Shown: positions 39,798-50,082 of the stretch, one piece after another
Numbering within the stretch: the first letter of the stretch is position 1
Layout of the letters: each line of letters starts with the position of its first letter
Origin: Erysipelotrichaceae bacterium
Lineage (GTDB): Bacteria; Bacillota_I; Bacilli_A; Acholeplasmatales; Anaeroplasmataceae
Assembly (NCBI GenBank): GCA_015059145.1
Contig: SVAZ01000006.1
Span: forward strand, 2,268 to 66,267
Direction: 5' to 3'
Length of the DNA: 64,000 nucleotides
The notes under the pieces: model-generated
The model's database searches: none
What the model was told of the DNA's origin: nothing
Seen by the model: only the letters and a program-made list of their open reading frames with translations
Program-made: the position numbers and the translations under genes

Positions 39798-42005
39798 TTA
39801 TGCCAAAATTATTAATAATAATTCAGTTGAATCACCCTTTGTAATCTCATGTGATCCAGCAGCGATTGTAATTGTAAGTACTCCATCTGAATTAGCAGTA
39901 TAGCTAGTATCATCAATTTTTATTCTCTTTGATGGAGCAGTTATTACTAATGTTATTGTCATTTCTTTATCAGTGGTAAATTTTATAAATGTTGAGCCTT
40001 CTAGCTTTAAGGCTTTAGTTAATACATAATCTCCGTAGGTAAAATCATAAGTCTTATCCTTCATATTACCAACAATAGTAAAATATTCATTACCATTGTT
40101 TTCAAACTCAGAAACATTATAAACAATTGATCCCTCTATAACAGATGAGCTATTACCTCCTGTAGATTCCTCTTCTGTAGAATCTCCCGGATTATCACTA
40201 TTAGCCTCTTCTCCTAAGATTTGAACAATACTAGATTTATAATTTGCAATCTTAGATTTTAATTCTGCTATAACCGCATAATTAGAATCCTCAACAGCAT
40301 CATCAAATTCATATTTTAAATCTCCACCATTGATACGACCAGCATATGTCATTACCTTTTCCTTAGCAACCTGTGGTGTATCTACAGTATATGCATAAAA
40401 ATCTGAAGCAGTATCAAAATTATTATAAGCTGTTCCGCCAGCAACAGTAATAACAGTTGATGGGATAACCTCATCACGGCTTGAAGCTAAATATGCATCA
40501 AAGCTTAAATTAGATGAGCTGTAGTAAATAACCTCATTCCCACCCTCAATATGATTACCATAGGCTTTAATAATTCCTCCATCCTCACCACTAAAAGTTC
40601 CTTCTCCTAAAGCGTCTGTACCTTGCTTAGATGAAAGCATTGGATTTTTACAATTTCTAAAATAATTATTTTCAACGAATATAGAAGCACCTGTAGTGGC
40701 ACCAATACCATACTTCGCATTTCCATCGAAGAAATTATTATAAACATGAACTGTACAAGTTCTTACACGTGGATGTCTAGAATCAGAATGATCATACCAA
40801 TTATGATGATATGTTATTTTATTATCCACTGTTTCTGCCTTCATTCCTTGTAGATTAGATTTACCTGAATCCCAAAAATGATTATAGGAATGAGTGACAT
40901 ATGTAGATAACTTAGTATCTAACGCTCCATCACCCTTTACTTGGTCTGCATCACTACCTGCATCTCCGTAAAAGAAATCACAATTATGAACCCAAATGTG
41001 ATTATTTTCTTGTTGTAAACCTATGTTGTCTCCTTCTTCACTATTACAATTCATAGTTGCAAGATTTCTAACCTCTACATTAGATGAGCCCTTAATTCTA
41101 ATACCAAAGCCATTAATTACAGAATCCTCACCAATACCCTCTAATGTAATACCATTAGTAGCTCCATCTATTAAAAGGTCTCCCTTTTCTAATACAGATG
41201 GATCTGTAATATTACCAACAAATCTAACACACAATGGTGTAGTAATTGTTTTTTTGTGTGCAGCAATGATATTTTGAACTCCAGTAAATGTTGTTGTTCC
41301 AGAAGTCAACGAAACTGAGTCCTTAGTCTTTTGTGTAACATAAATAACATTAGCATTACTCCTTAAGCTTCCATCATTGTTGTATGCGCCTGAAGATGTT
41401 CCATCTACAAAGGCATAGCCTGATCTATCATGAGCTGCAACGGTTACGTTTGCAGTTGCAGCATCACTTCCCTCTCCATCATCAAAAACTGGAGCAATTT
41501 TTAAAGTGTAATTTCCAGCTCTTAATCCAACCACATCGGCTCTTAAATGATCTGAATATAATCTAATTAATTGAGTATCTATTTTAGAGTAGCTTGAAGC
41601 ATTCTCCTCTTTATAATAAACATTATAGCTAATTGCAGAGCTAACACCTGTCCATTCAATATAAGCACTCTCCAAATGTCCCGCACTGCGCTTAATGCTA
41701 ATTGAGCTAGATGAGTTAACACTATCCCATACAGGATTAGATGGTGTTACCTGCTCATTAGAATCACCTGCTCCTGTACCTTGATTACCAGAATCATTTG
41801 TAGATGTGTTTTCGTCATTGTTTAAATTGGAGTTATCAGTCACTGGAGTGCCTGTCTCATTTGAATTACTATTATTATTTTCTATCTCATTGTTATTTAT
41901 ATTATCGTCGTTATTATCCTTTGGACTATCTTTAGTATCGCATGATGCCATAAAAAATGCCATCAATAGCATAATACCTCCAAAAAGTATTCTTTTCATT
42001 TTCAT
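39798..42005 (-). CDS. Lipoprotein pectate lyase PL1 with Fn3-like N-domain and CBM77-like C-domain
   Basis: Lipobox MASC; IWVHNCDF, GDGALD, RHPRVR; C-terminal LTKALKLEGST...GSHEITKGD. Confidence 0.88.
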   Translation of the reverse strand: MKMKRILFGGIMLLMAFFMASCDTKDSPKDNNDDNINNNEIENNNSNSNETGTPVTDNSNLNNDENTSTNDSGNQGTGAGDSNEQVTPSNPVWDSVNSSSSISIKRSAGHLESAYIEWTGVSSAISYNVYYKEENASSYSKIDTQLIRLYSDHLRADVVGLRAGNYTLKIAPVFDDGEGSDAATANVTVAAHDRSGYAFVDGTSSGAYNNDGSLRSNANVIYVTQKTKDSVSLTSGTTTFTGVQNIIAAHKKTITTPLCVRFVGNITDPSVLEKGDLLIDGATNGITLEGIGEDSVINGFGIRIKGSSNVEVRNLATMNCNSEEGDNIGLQQENNHIWVHNCDFFYGDAGSDADQVKGDGALDTKLSTYVTHSYNHFWDSGKSNLQGMKAETVDNKITYHHNWYDHSDSRHPRVRTCTVHVYNNFFDGNAKYGIGATTGASIFVENNYFRNCKNPMLSSKQGTDALGEGTFSGEDGGIIKAYGNHIEGGNEVIYYSSSNLSFDAYLASSRDEVIPSTVITVAGGTAYNNFDTASDFYAYTVDTPQVAKEKVMTYAGRINGGDLKYEFDDAVEDSNYAVIAELKSKIANYKSSIVQILGEEANSDNPGDSTEEESTGGNSSSVIEGSIVYNVSEFENNGNEYFTIVGNMKDKTYDFTYGDYVLTKALKLEGSTFIKFTTDKEMTITLVITAPSKRIKIDDTSYTANSDGVLTITIAAGSHEITKGDSTELLLIILA

Positions 42006-42017
42006 TAATTTCTCTCC

Positions 42018-44324
42018 TTAATTTGCATATCTTTCAAACGTCAACTTAGTAACCTTAGTTTCCTTGTCTACAGAAGCTGAGCATATATAATACAACCCAG
42101 GCTTTAAAACTACTGATCCAGACTCATGTAGCATAATTTGACCAAATTCAGAAACTACATAAACATTGTGATCAGCATCTGTTGTACCTGATGTCGCATT
42201 TAAATTAACCTTAGCATATTCAGATAATCTAAATGTAATACCTTGTCCCATAAATCTACCTTTATTAGCATTAGTATATAATATGCCTGTATCACTTGAT
42301 AATGACGCTTCATAAGCTCCACTACATAAATCAACTGCAGTAGAAATGCTGTATTTATTTGATTGAATGCTTGCATCTCTAGCTGCTTGATTAAGAATCG
42401 TTCTATAATAAGAGCCTGAAAATTTCAAGCATTCCTCTCTAGCTACCATTGGTATTGTAAGATAACAATCAGACACCTTATTTATAGTATCAAAATAAAA
42501 TACCTCAGGATTAGTATCAAAATTTGAATAATCTATATCATTATATGCACAGCTGTTTTCTACAGCTGTTTCTCTATTAATATATATCATTTTTGATGTA
42601 TTTGATTTAAGACATGCTAGATATATATTATTAAACATCTTACCACTATTTGATTTACCATCACTAATCTGCTTGCAGCCCTCATAATAGTTTCCTTCTG
42701 AAAACATATATGAATCTGCACGCAAGGAATGAACATATCCTAATTGTGTTATACCGTTGGATAAGTCACCATATATATAATTATTATAAAAATGGAAATT
42801 TGCTTTTCTCAATAATGGAATACGCCCTTCGCAATTATACCATATATTGTGATGGAATGAAATATTATATTGAAGTGATGTATCACTTGAACCAATTAAA
42901 TTAGATTTACGACAATACTCATAATAGCAATAGCTCATAGTATAATATTGACCGCGTTTAAAGTCACAAGCTCCGTCTCCATAGAGTTTATCATTTTCCA
43001 CAGGATTTTCACAATATCCAGCAAAGAACGTACAGTGATGAATCCAACAACGCTCTACTGGAGCAACAAGAATATTATCATTCTGTTGACCCTCCATCCC
43101 TATTGCATCTTCTGGATAATTTTTGAATGTTAAATTTCTAACCTCAAAGCTCTTCCCATATACTCCTGTTGTATCATCACATATAAAATGAAAGCCCCAT
43201 CCCTCAATTATTGCATCAAAGCCTACACCCTCTAATGTAACATTCTTTAAATTCTTCATTTTAACCATGTGGCCGTTTTCTTCTACTGTTCCACCCTCAT
43301 GTGAAGAATTATATGAGGTTGCACCCTCGGGTGTTGTTACAGTACCTATAAACCTAACAACAACTGGTCTAGAAATACTACGGAAGCCTAAATCTTTCCC
43401 AGTTGGGCTATATGTGTTACTGCTTGATTCAGCATTAAGTGTACCATTTTCATTTTTCACACACATTGTGTATTGAGAATTATTTAGCCACCAGCCTATA
43501 CCTGAGGCTTCTTTATTATACCAGCTATTAGAAAAATAATTAGGAATATTAAACATATCTAAGTCATATTCAGCACATACATCAGTCATAACGGTATTCT
43601 TATTTTCCTCTGTCACATAAATAACTATAGCATCGTCCTTTAATGTGCCATCATCGTTATATGCACCAACACCATCACTGTATTTAAAATGAGCATATCC
43701 AGATCTATCATATTCAACTACATTAATTTCGCAAATAGCCTTCCAGCCTTCCATTTCAGTAGAATCAACTACTGGAATTAGCTTAACATCATAATCACCC
43801 TTAGCTAAGCCAAATAAATCTATTCTTGTGGTAGTTTCCGTTAATTGTCTTACATAAAAATCTTCTTTGTAAAGCAATTTATAATCAGTATCATTTGTAC
43901 CCTTTATATATACATTAAATGAATCAGCATTTTCGATATTTATAAATTCAAAATAAGCAGCTTCATTTAATCCACTAACCTCAATAAAATTAAACTCCCC
44001 ACTTGTAACTACATTACCTGTACCATTTTTTAAAAGCCCTTCAGTAAGACCTAAATTAGTTGAAGCGATTTCTTCCACCTTTTCCTTATCAGTATCATCC
44101 TCTATTAAAGCATCATCCTCAACGTCAGGCTCTTGTGGAGCTTGAACATCCTCCTGTATTTGATTGTCATCCTTATCTGCTTCATTTTTATCTTCTTCTA
44201 CATCACCAGTATTTGGCTTTGTAATATCTTCAAATCCATTATCCTTCTTACATGAAGCAAGCATAGTAGTAGATACTAATAAAAACACTAAAACTATGCC
44301 AATAAAAAATCTTCTAAATTTCAT
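42018..44324 (-). CDS. Second lipoprotein pectate lyase PL1 (paralogue)
   Basis: Lipobox LASC; YDRSGYAHF/GAYNDDG shared with neighbour; CWIHHCTF, GDGACD, RIPLLR; start ATG 44324. Confidence 0.85.
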   Translation of the reverse strand: MKFRRFFIGIVLVFLLVSTTMLASCKKDNGFEDITKPNTGDVEEDKNEADKDDNQIQEDVQAPQEPDVEDDALIEDDTDKEKVEEIASTNLGLTEGLLKNGTGNVVTSGEFNFIEVSGLNEAAYFEFINIENADSFNVYIKGTNDTDYKLLYKEDFYVRQLTETTTRIDLFGLAKGDYDVKLIPVVDSTEMEGWKAICEINVVEYDRSGYAHFKYSDGVGAYNDDGTLKDDAIVIYVTEENKNTVMTDVCAEYDLDMFNIPNYFSNSWYNKEASGIGWWLNNSQYTMCVKNENGTLNAESSSNTYSPTGKDLGFRSISRPVVVRFIGTVTTPEGATSYNSSHEGGTVEENGHMVKMKNLKNVTLEGVGFDAIIEGWGFHFICDDTTGVYGKSFEVRNLTFKNYPEDAIGMEGQQNDNILVAPVERCWIHHCTFFAGYCENPVENDKLYGDGACDFKRGQYYTMSYCYYEYCRKSNLIGSSDTSLQYNISFHHNIWYNCEGRIPLLRKANFHFYNNYIYGDLSNGITQLGYVHSLRADSYMFSEGNYYEGCKQISDGKSNSGKMFNNIYLACLKSNTSKMIYINRETAVENSCAYNDIDYSNFDTNPEVFYFDTINKVSDCYLTIPMVAREECLKFSGSYYRTILNQAARDASIQSNKYSISTAVDLCSGAYEASLSSDTGILYTNANKGRFMGQGITFRLSEYAKVNLNATSGTTDADHNVYVVSEFGQIMLHESGSVVLKPGLYYICSASVDKETKVTKLTFERYAN

Positions 44325-44426
44325 ACAACTCACCCTGTAGTTTTTTATGGTACTAATTAAAATAATTATATTATATTATATTTTAATATATATTATTTAC
44401 ATAGTCAATTAAGCAGCTATAATAAA

Positions 44427-45296
44427 TCATTCGTTTTCCAACAGGATATACATTTCATTTTCTAATAATCTTTTTAAATAATTAGATGGTTTATCAAGCG
44501 GGCGCCTATATTCAAGAGTATTATATCCCAGTAAATACATTACATACTTAATACCAATAGGAGATACCTCAGCATACATGATTCTAATAAGATTAAACAG
44601 CCTATAAAACATCTCTTTGCATAGAGAATCATTGGTTTTAAATAACTGTATTATTTTTCTGATGTCACTAGGAAATGCATTTCCTATAACATTAATTACA
44701 CCACTTGCTCCTAAATAAAGAGATAGTAGCATTGTAGAATCATCACCACTATATAGCTTAAAATCATCATTAATAAAATTAGCTATTTGCAGCTGATATA
44801 AAAAATCGCCTGAGGCTTCCTTTATTCCTACAATATTTCTATGATAAGATAATGCACTTACCACATCAATGGGAATATTCATACTAGTTCTCTTGGGAAC
44901 ATTATAAATAACCAAAGGCTTCCTTATATGATCAGCTATATACGTAAAATGCTTTAAAAGTCCAGAGGTATTTGTTTTATTATAATATGGATTTATAGCT
45001 AAAAAGCAATTTACATCAAAATCATCAAAAAGGCCTGCTAATCTTACAGCCTCCTCAGTAATGTTTGATATTATTCCTACCATTATATCAATCTTTTTAT
45101 AAACTCTTTCATAAATAAATTTTACAACGCTAACCTTTTCATCATCACTTAGTGCTTCGGCCTCTGCAGTTGTGCCAAGTAATAATAGTCCATCTGTGTT
45201 TTTTTCCAGATGAAGACTACATAGTCTATCCAGTTCTTTAAAATCTATTTTATTATTTTTAAATGGAGTTATTAACGCAACAATACTTCCATTCAT
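44427..45296 (-). CDS. dapA: 4-hydroxy-tetrahydrodipicolinate synthase
   Basis: ALITPF, GTTAE, PYYNK, YNVPKRT, IKEASG, YSGDD, PIGIK. Confidence 0.88.
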   Translation of the reverse strand: MNGSIVALITPFKNNKIDFKELDRLCSLHLEKNTDGLLLLGTTAEAEALSDDEKVSVVKFIYERVYKKIDIMVGIISNITEEAVRLAGLFDDFDVNCFLAINPYYNKTNTSGLLKHFTYIADHIRKPLVIYNVPKRTSMNIPIDVVSALSYHRNIVGIKEASGDFLYQLQIANFINDDFKLYSGDDSTMLLSLYLGASGVINVIGNAFPSDIRKIIQLFKTNDSLCKEMFYRLFNLIRIMYAEVSPIGIKYVMYLLGYNTLEYRRPLDKPSNYLKRLLENEMYILLENE

Positions 45297-45299
45297 AAA

Positions 45300-45334
45300 A
45301 AATCACACTCCGTTTTATTGTATGAGTGTGATTT
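45300..45334 (-). terminator. Terminator-like hairpin overlapping the dapA RBS
   Basis: Minus strand AAATCACACTC-N13-GAGTGTGATTT, U6 tract overlapping the stem base, then ATG. Confidence 0.75.
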
Positions 45335-45342
45335 AATATTTG

Positions 45343-46644
45343 CTATTTATTTTTCCTTCCAGACTTGATTAATTCCTCTTCCATTAGTTCTGGATTTTTA
45401 AGTGCATAATCCTGATGGTATTCCTCAGCCTTGAAAAAAACTGCATTAGGCAAAACAGGAATACGAGCACTCTTATTATACTGCTCCTCCAGCTTACCCA
45501 TAACCTCATGAGAATAATAAATGACAGTTTGATCATCAGAATAAATAGCACATGTATAATTGCTACCTCTATCAATAAATTGCCCCTCAGAATCGAACGG
45601 ATCAATTGTATCAAAATAAATATCAATAAGCTGAGTCGAAGAAATTACATTGCTATCATATTCAATAAGGATACCCTCTTTAAATTTAGTTTTACCTGCT
45701 TTAACATCCTCGTATGTTGGATTAATAGTATCCCCACCAACAAAGCCACTCAAAACCCTACGAACTCCATCATATTCATAATACGGCTTTGCCATACACC
45801 AAAAGCAGCCTCCCGCTACTAATAGGCTTCTAACACTATCAGACATATATTCAACCTCATATTTAGAATTACCGTATTTATAGCCAAGGCTTGAATAAGT
45901 ATGATTAGAAATAGGATTATTTTTGTCTACATATAGATAAGGTGTCTTTCCATCAAACAAAATATCCTTTGAAATTTTACCTACCACCTTTTTGGCATAG
46001 CCCTTAGATCTAAATTTTTTCTTAGTATAAACATAAGATATAGAGCATATAGTTTCATCTTCTCTAGTTTTTCTAGCTATTGAAACAATTTCATCGTTTT
46101 CCTTCACACAATAAAAATTAAAATAATAATCGTCGACCAAAGACTTTATACCACTAGCATCAGCACGTCCTAATGCCTCTAATGAAAACTCCTTGCATAA
46201 GCTATATAAAGCCTTCTTATCCGTAGCTGTACAAGCCATAACATCAGTAGTATCAATATCTGCACATTCATCAAGATACATTATGTCCATAGACATATTA
46301 ACCTTATGACTACCACCCATTCTAGCTTCATAATGCTTATAAAATTCCTTATAAATATTCTGAGTTGTTAATACAGCTTGAAAAAATAAATTATGATCAC
46401 AAATAACATCACAGGCTTCCTTACATAATGATACATCTCCAAATAACAAAAGATTATATGGATAGTATTGACATAATAGCAAAGCCTTATTATTAGAGTA
46501 AACCTTAATCAAATAGTTTTCTCTAGTAAAGCCATTCATTTTCCTTGCATTAGTATAGAAAAATGAGGTATCAAGGATATTTTTATTTAATATATCCTTA
46601 TTCTCTTTTAAAAACTCTAAACCACTTGTATATATCTTAAACAT
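45343..46644 (-). CDS. GNAT acetyltransferase fused to peptide methionine sulfoxide reductase MsrA
   Basis: ISYVYTKKKFRSKGYAKK GNAT motif A; C-terminal AGGCFWC...QFIDRG...AEEYHQDY. Confidence 0.87.
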   Translation of the reverse strand: MFKIYTSGLEFLKENKDILNKNILDTSFFYTNARKMNGFTRENYLIKVYSNNKALLLCQYYPYNLLLFGDVSLCKEACDVICDHNLFFQAVLTTQNIYKEFYKHYEARMGGSHKVNMSMDIMYLDECADIDTTDVMACTATDKKALYSLCKEFSLEALGRADASGIKSLVDDYYFNFYCVKENDEIVSIARKTREDETICSISYVYTKKKFRSKGYAKKVVGKISKDILFDGKTPYLYVDKNNPISNHTYSSLGYKYGNSKYEVEYMSDSVRSLLVAGGCFWCMAKPYYEYDGVRRVLSGFVGGDTINPTYEDVKAGKTKFKEGILIEYDSNVISSTQLIDIYFDTIDPFDSEGQFIDRGSNYTCAIYSDDQTVIYYSHEVMGKLEEQYNKSARIPVLPNAVFFKAEEYHQDYALKNPELMEEELIKSGRKNK

Positions 46645-46708
46645 AAATATCCTCCTTTCTAAGAAAAATAAAGAGCCAGGAGCACTGGCTCTTAATTCCC
46701 TTTCTTAG

Positions 46709-46906
46709 TTAAGCTTTACAAACGTTCTTTGCTAATTGGCCTCTATCGCCATTCTCAACCTCAAAGGTAACCTCTTGGCCCTCTTCTAATGACTTATAGC
46801 CATCAGCTACAATTGCGCTAAAATGAACAAATACATCATTACCCTCTTCAGATACAATGAATCCGTATCCCTTTTCAGCATTGAACCATTTTACTTTCCC
46901 TTTCAT
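46709..46906 (-). CDS. cspA: Cold-shock protein
   Basis: [17 protein letters not shown]...DVFVHFSAI; start ATG 46906. Confidence 0.96.
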   Translation of the reverse strand: MKGKVKWFNAEKGYGFIVSEEGNDVFVHFSAIVADGYKSLEEGQEVTFEVENGDRGQLAKNVCKA

Positions 46907-47046
46907 TTTTAATACCCCTTTCAAACCTCTTAATAGTTAGTATCGAACTTCCTATTATGTAAATTATACAATAAAATTGAAAAATCTACAATATTTTTAA
47001 CACAAGAAAATTAAAATAATAAACCCCCTATCACTAGGGGATTTTT

Positions 47047-48876
47047 CTAATTATTCTTTTCTGATCTTACCTTTGCATCATATTTCTTACGTTCAACAGT
47101 ATCTAAAATTTTCTTACGTAAACGAATATTCTTTGGAGTAACCTCTACAAGCTCATCCTCATTAATAAACTCTAAACAAGCCTCTAGCGTTAAAACTCTC
47201 GGTTTCTTTAAAACAACTGTTGTATCCTTATTAGAAGAACGAGTATTTGTTTGCTGCTTTGCCTTTACAACATTAACAGCTAAATCTAAATCCTTATTAG
47301 CCTCACCGACAATCATACCCTCATATATTTCCTCACCTGGAGAGATAAACATACTTCCTCTATCCTCAAGCGCGCCTATAGAATACGCAGTAGATTGACC
47401 CTGAGCCATAGAAACTAATACACCAGTATTTCTTTCACCAACGCTCACGCTTTCCATTGGGCGATAATCCATAAAGCTATGATTGATAATACCATATCCT
47501 TTTGTTAATGTCATAAAATCAGTGTTAAAGCCTATCAATCCTCGAGATGGAATATTATATATTAATCTAGTCTGAGTTTCAGTATTAGTCATTGTTTCCA
47601 TACTACCATGACGGTTACCCATCATTTCAATAATAGATCCAGCACATTCACTAGGTAAATCAATAACACAGTATTCGTATGGTTCACATAAAACGCCATC
47701 AATTTCCTTCATGATAACTCTAGGTCGAGAAACCTGAAATTCATATCCCTCGCGTCTCATATTTTCAATTAATATACCTAAATGTAATTCACCACGTCCT
47801 GATACAATCCATTCCTCTGAACCAGATAATCTTTCCACCTTAAGAGACACATCCTTTTGTACCTCTTTAAAAAGTCTTTCCTCGATTTTTGTTGCGGTTA
47901 CAAGCTTCCCATCCTTACCACAAAATGGAGATGTATTTGTACCAAATGTCATTTGTACTGTAGGCTCAGAAATATGAAGCTTTTCTAAAGCCTCCTCTTG
48001 GCCCTGAGTACAAATAGTTTCACCAACAGAAATATCTGGCAAACCAGCTACCGCCACAATATCTCCGGCATATCCTTCATTAATTTCAATTCTTTCTAAT
48101 CCCTGAAATCCATAAAGCTTTTGTACTCTAAATGATTTAATGCTACCATCAAGCCTACAGCATGAGACAGACTCACCAAGCTTAATAGTACCTCTTGTAA
48201 TTCTACCAATACCAATACGACCCACAAAATCAGTATAATCAAGTAGTGCAGGCTGTAGCTGTAATGGCATATCATTATCCATTTGAGGAGCAGGGATATG
48301 CTTTATAATCATATCTAACAACTGATCCATTCCAACCTTTTGAGTTGATAAATCCATTTCAAGTGAGCATGTATTATTTACAGCTGATGCATAGCACACT
48401 GGGAAATCAAGTTCATCCTCATCACAGCCTAAATCTATAAATAGCTCTAGCACCTCATCAATAACCTCTAGTGGTCTAGCTGATGGCTTATCTACCTTGT
48501 TAATAACAACTATAGGCTTTAAATGAGCTTCGAATGCTTTCTTTAAAACGAATCTAGTTTGTGGCATTGTGCCTTCATAAGCATCTACAACTAAAACGAC
48601 ACCATCAACCATCTTCATAATTCTTTCTACCTCTCCAGAGAAATCAGCATGACCTGGAGTATCTAAAATATTAATCTTTGTATCCTTATATTTAATTGCG
48701 GTATTCTTTGCTAAAATCGTAATACCTCTCTCACGCTCTATAGCATTAGAATCCATTACTCTTTCTTGAACAACCTGATTATCTCTAAATGTATGAGAGC
48801 TTCTTAATAGCTTGTCTACTAATGTTGTTTTACCATGGTCTACATGGGCAACAATAGCTATGTTTCTAATTTCCAT
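47047..48876 (-). CDS. typA: Translational GTPase TypA/BipA
   Basis: AHVDHGKTT, ERERGITI, DTPGHADF, NKVD, SGRGELHL. Confidence 0.98.
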   Translation of the reverse strand: MEIRNIAIVAHVDHGKTTLVDKLLRSSHTFRDNQVVQERVMDSNAIERERGITILAKNTAIKYKDTKINILDTPGHADFSGEVERIMKMVDGVVLVVDAYEGTMPQTRFVLKKAFEAHLKPIVVINKVDKPSARPLEVIDEVLELFIDLGCDEDELDFPVCYASAVNNTCSLEMDLSTQKVGMDQLLDMIIKHIPAPQMDNDMPLQLQPALLDYTDFVGRIGIGRITRGTIKLGESVSCCRLDGSIKSFRVQKLYGFQGLERIEINEGYAGDIVAVAGLPDISVGETICTQGQEEALEKLHISEPTVQMTFGTNTSPFCGKDGKLVTATKIEERLFKEVQKDVSLKVERLSGSEEWIVSGRGELHLGILIENMRREGYEFQVSRPRVIMKEIDGVLCEPYEYCVIDLPSECAGSIIEMMGNRHGSMETMTNTETQTRLIYNIPSRGLIGFNTDFMTLTKGYGIINHSFMDYRPMESVSVGERNTGVLVSMAQGQSTAYSIGALEDRGSMFISPGEEIYEGMIVGEANKDLDLAVNVVKAKQQTNTRSSNKDTTVVLKKPRVLTLEACLEFINEDELVEVTPKNIRLRKKILDTVERKKYDAKVRSEKNN

Positions 48877-48946
48877 AATACACACCTTCACTTTTCCAAA
48901 ACAAAGTAATTATATCACTATAATTTGCTATTTAAAACAGAAAACG

Positions 48947-50038
48947 TTATTTTTTTCTTTTATATTCCTTTATAGGTAAAACAAGTGCATAAACCATATC
49001 ATGCTCATTTTTCTCATATTGCTTTAATATCATATCTAGATATGAAACTGCACCATTTACTCTTTTGATTGTCGCTTCCTTTTTCAAAGCCTTAATAGAT
49101 GTTATAAATAACGGATGATTAGAATTATCTAAATAATCCAAATATGAATACATACTTTTGTTCTTATTTAAAAATCTATATAACGAAGAAATATACATAG
49201 GCGTTTGCTTGAATGTTTCAACCTTGTATTTTGATTTATACACGAGCTCATATATTTTGATAAGCTCTAAGCCTATACAGTAAAATATTACGTTCTTTTC
49301 CTCCATAGTAGCCGCCTTATAATTAACAAGCTTATCTATTAAATCCTTTCTCCATAAAACTCTATGCTGCTCCTTCTTAGAATTAGGATATAGCTTTTTA
49401 TATTCCTTAATAAAATTATCAAACGATGCTAAATAATCTCTATTCATATAATAGTCATCAACCACTACCGAAATATAAGCCTCTAATGATGTTTTATTTT
49501 TATCATTAGCCGCAAGCTTGTAAAGCTCATCCAGTAAAGAATTAGCCTCCTGATAATATGATTTCAAAATATCAATAACATTTATTTCCTTTTTAATTAC
49601 GTCATCCTTTGTATAGATATCGTAGGAAAATGTTTGTGGAGTAATAGACTCATTATCTAAAATACAATAAGCTAAAGTATCACTATCAAATACACGATTA
49701 GAAGGATGACCAACAACATCATTTCTTATATATCTCAATTGTCTTAAATCCTTGTTATTATTAATATTAATAAAGCTTTTACTCTTAGTTAAGGATAAAG
49801 CTAAAGAATATAATGAATCTACTGAAACAAACAATCCCTGAAGAAGTGCATACAGCCTTAGAATATTATCTCCGACTGAATGCTTTTCATTAGCCCATTT
49901 AAAATAACTCTTTTGAATTTCATTAGTCGTTTCTAAAGCACTAATAGCTGCAGCCATAGAATAATTCTTTATGCTTAAGTAATATTTAGAATCAAAGCGT
50001 TCTATTCTTCTTTCGTTTTCTTTAATTATCTTATCCAT
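48947..50038 (-). CDS. Hypothetical protein with HEPN-like RN-x4-H motif
   Basis: LYALLQGLFVSVDSL...LRYIRNDVVGHP (49706-49726) in a helical N-terminal region; fold inferred. Confidence 0.55.
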   Translation of the reverse strand: MDKIIKENERRIERFDSKYYLSIKNYSMAAAISALETTNEIQKSYFKWANEKHSVGDNILRLYALLQGLFVSVDSLYSLALSLTKSKSFININNNKDLRQLRYIRNDVVGHPSNRVFDSDTLAYCILDNESITPQTFSYDIYTKDDVIKKEINVIDILKSYYQEANSLLDELYKLAANDKNKTSLEAYISVVVDDYYMNRDYLASFDNFIKEYKKLYPNSKKEQHRVLWRKDLIDKLVNYKAATMEEKNVIFYCIGLELIKIYELVYKSKYKVETFKQTPMYISSLYRFLNKNKSMYSYLDYLDNSNHPLFITSIKALKKEATIKRVNGAVSYLDMILKQYEKNEHDMVYALVLPIKEYKRKK

Positions 50039-50082
50039 AATTCCTCCTTAAAAAATAAACACACGAAAACTCGTGTATTTAT

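Noticed and set aside
44355-44400. ATTAT tandem run upstream of the pectate lyases
   Set aside because: Low-complexity AT promoter DNA with no defined unit; no evidence for phase variation.
44427-45296. DapA-like gene as a pectin-pathway aldolase because it adjoins the pectate lyases
   Set aside because: Motifs (PYYNK, YNVPxRT, KEASG, SGDD) are DapA-typical; adjacency alone is insufficient.
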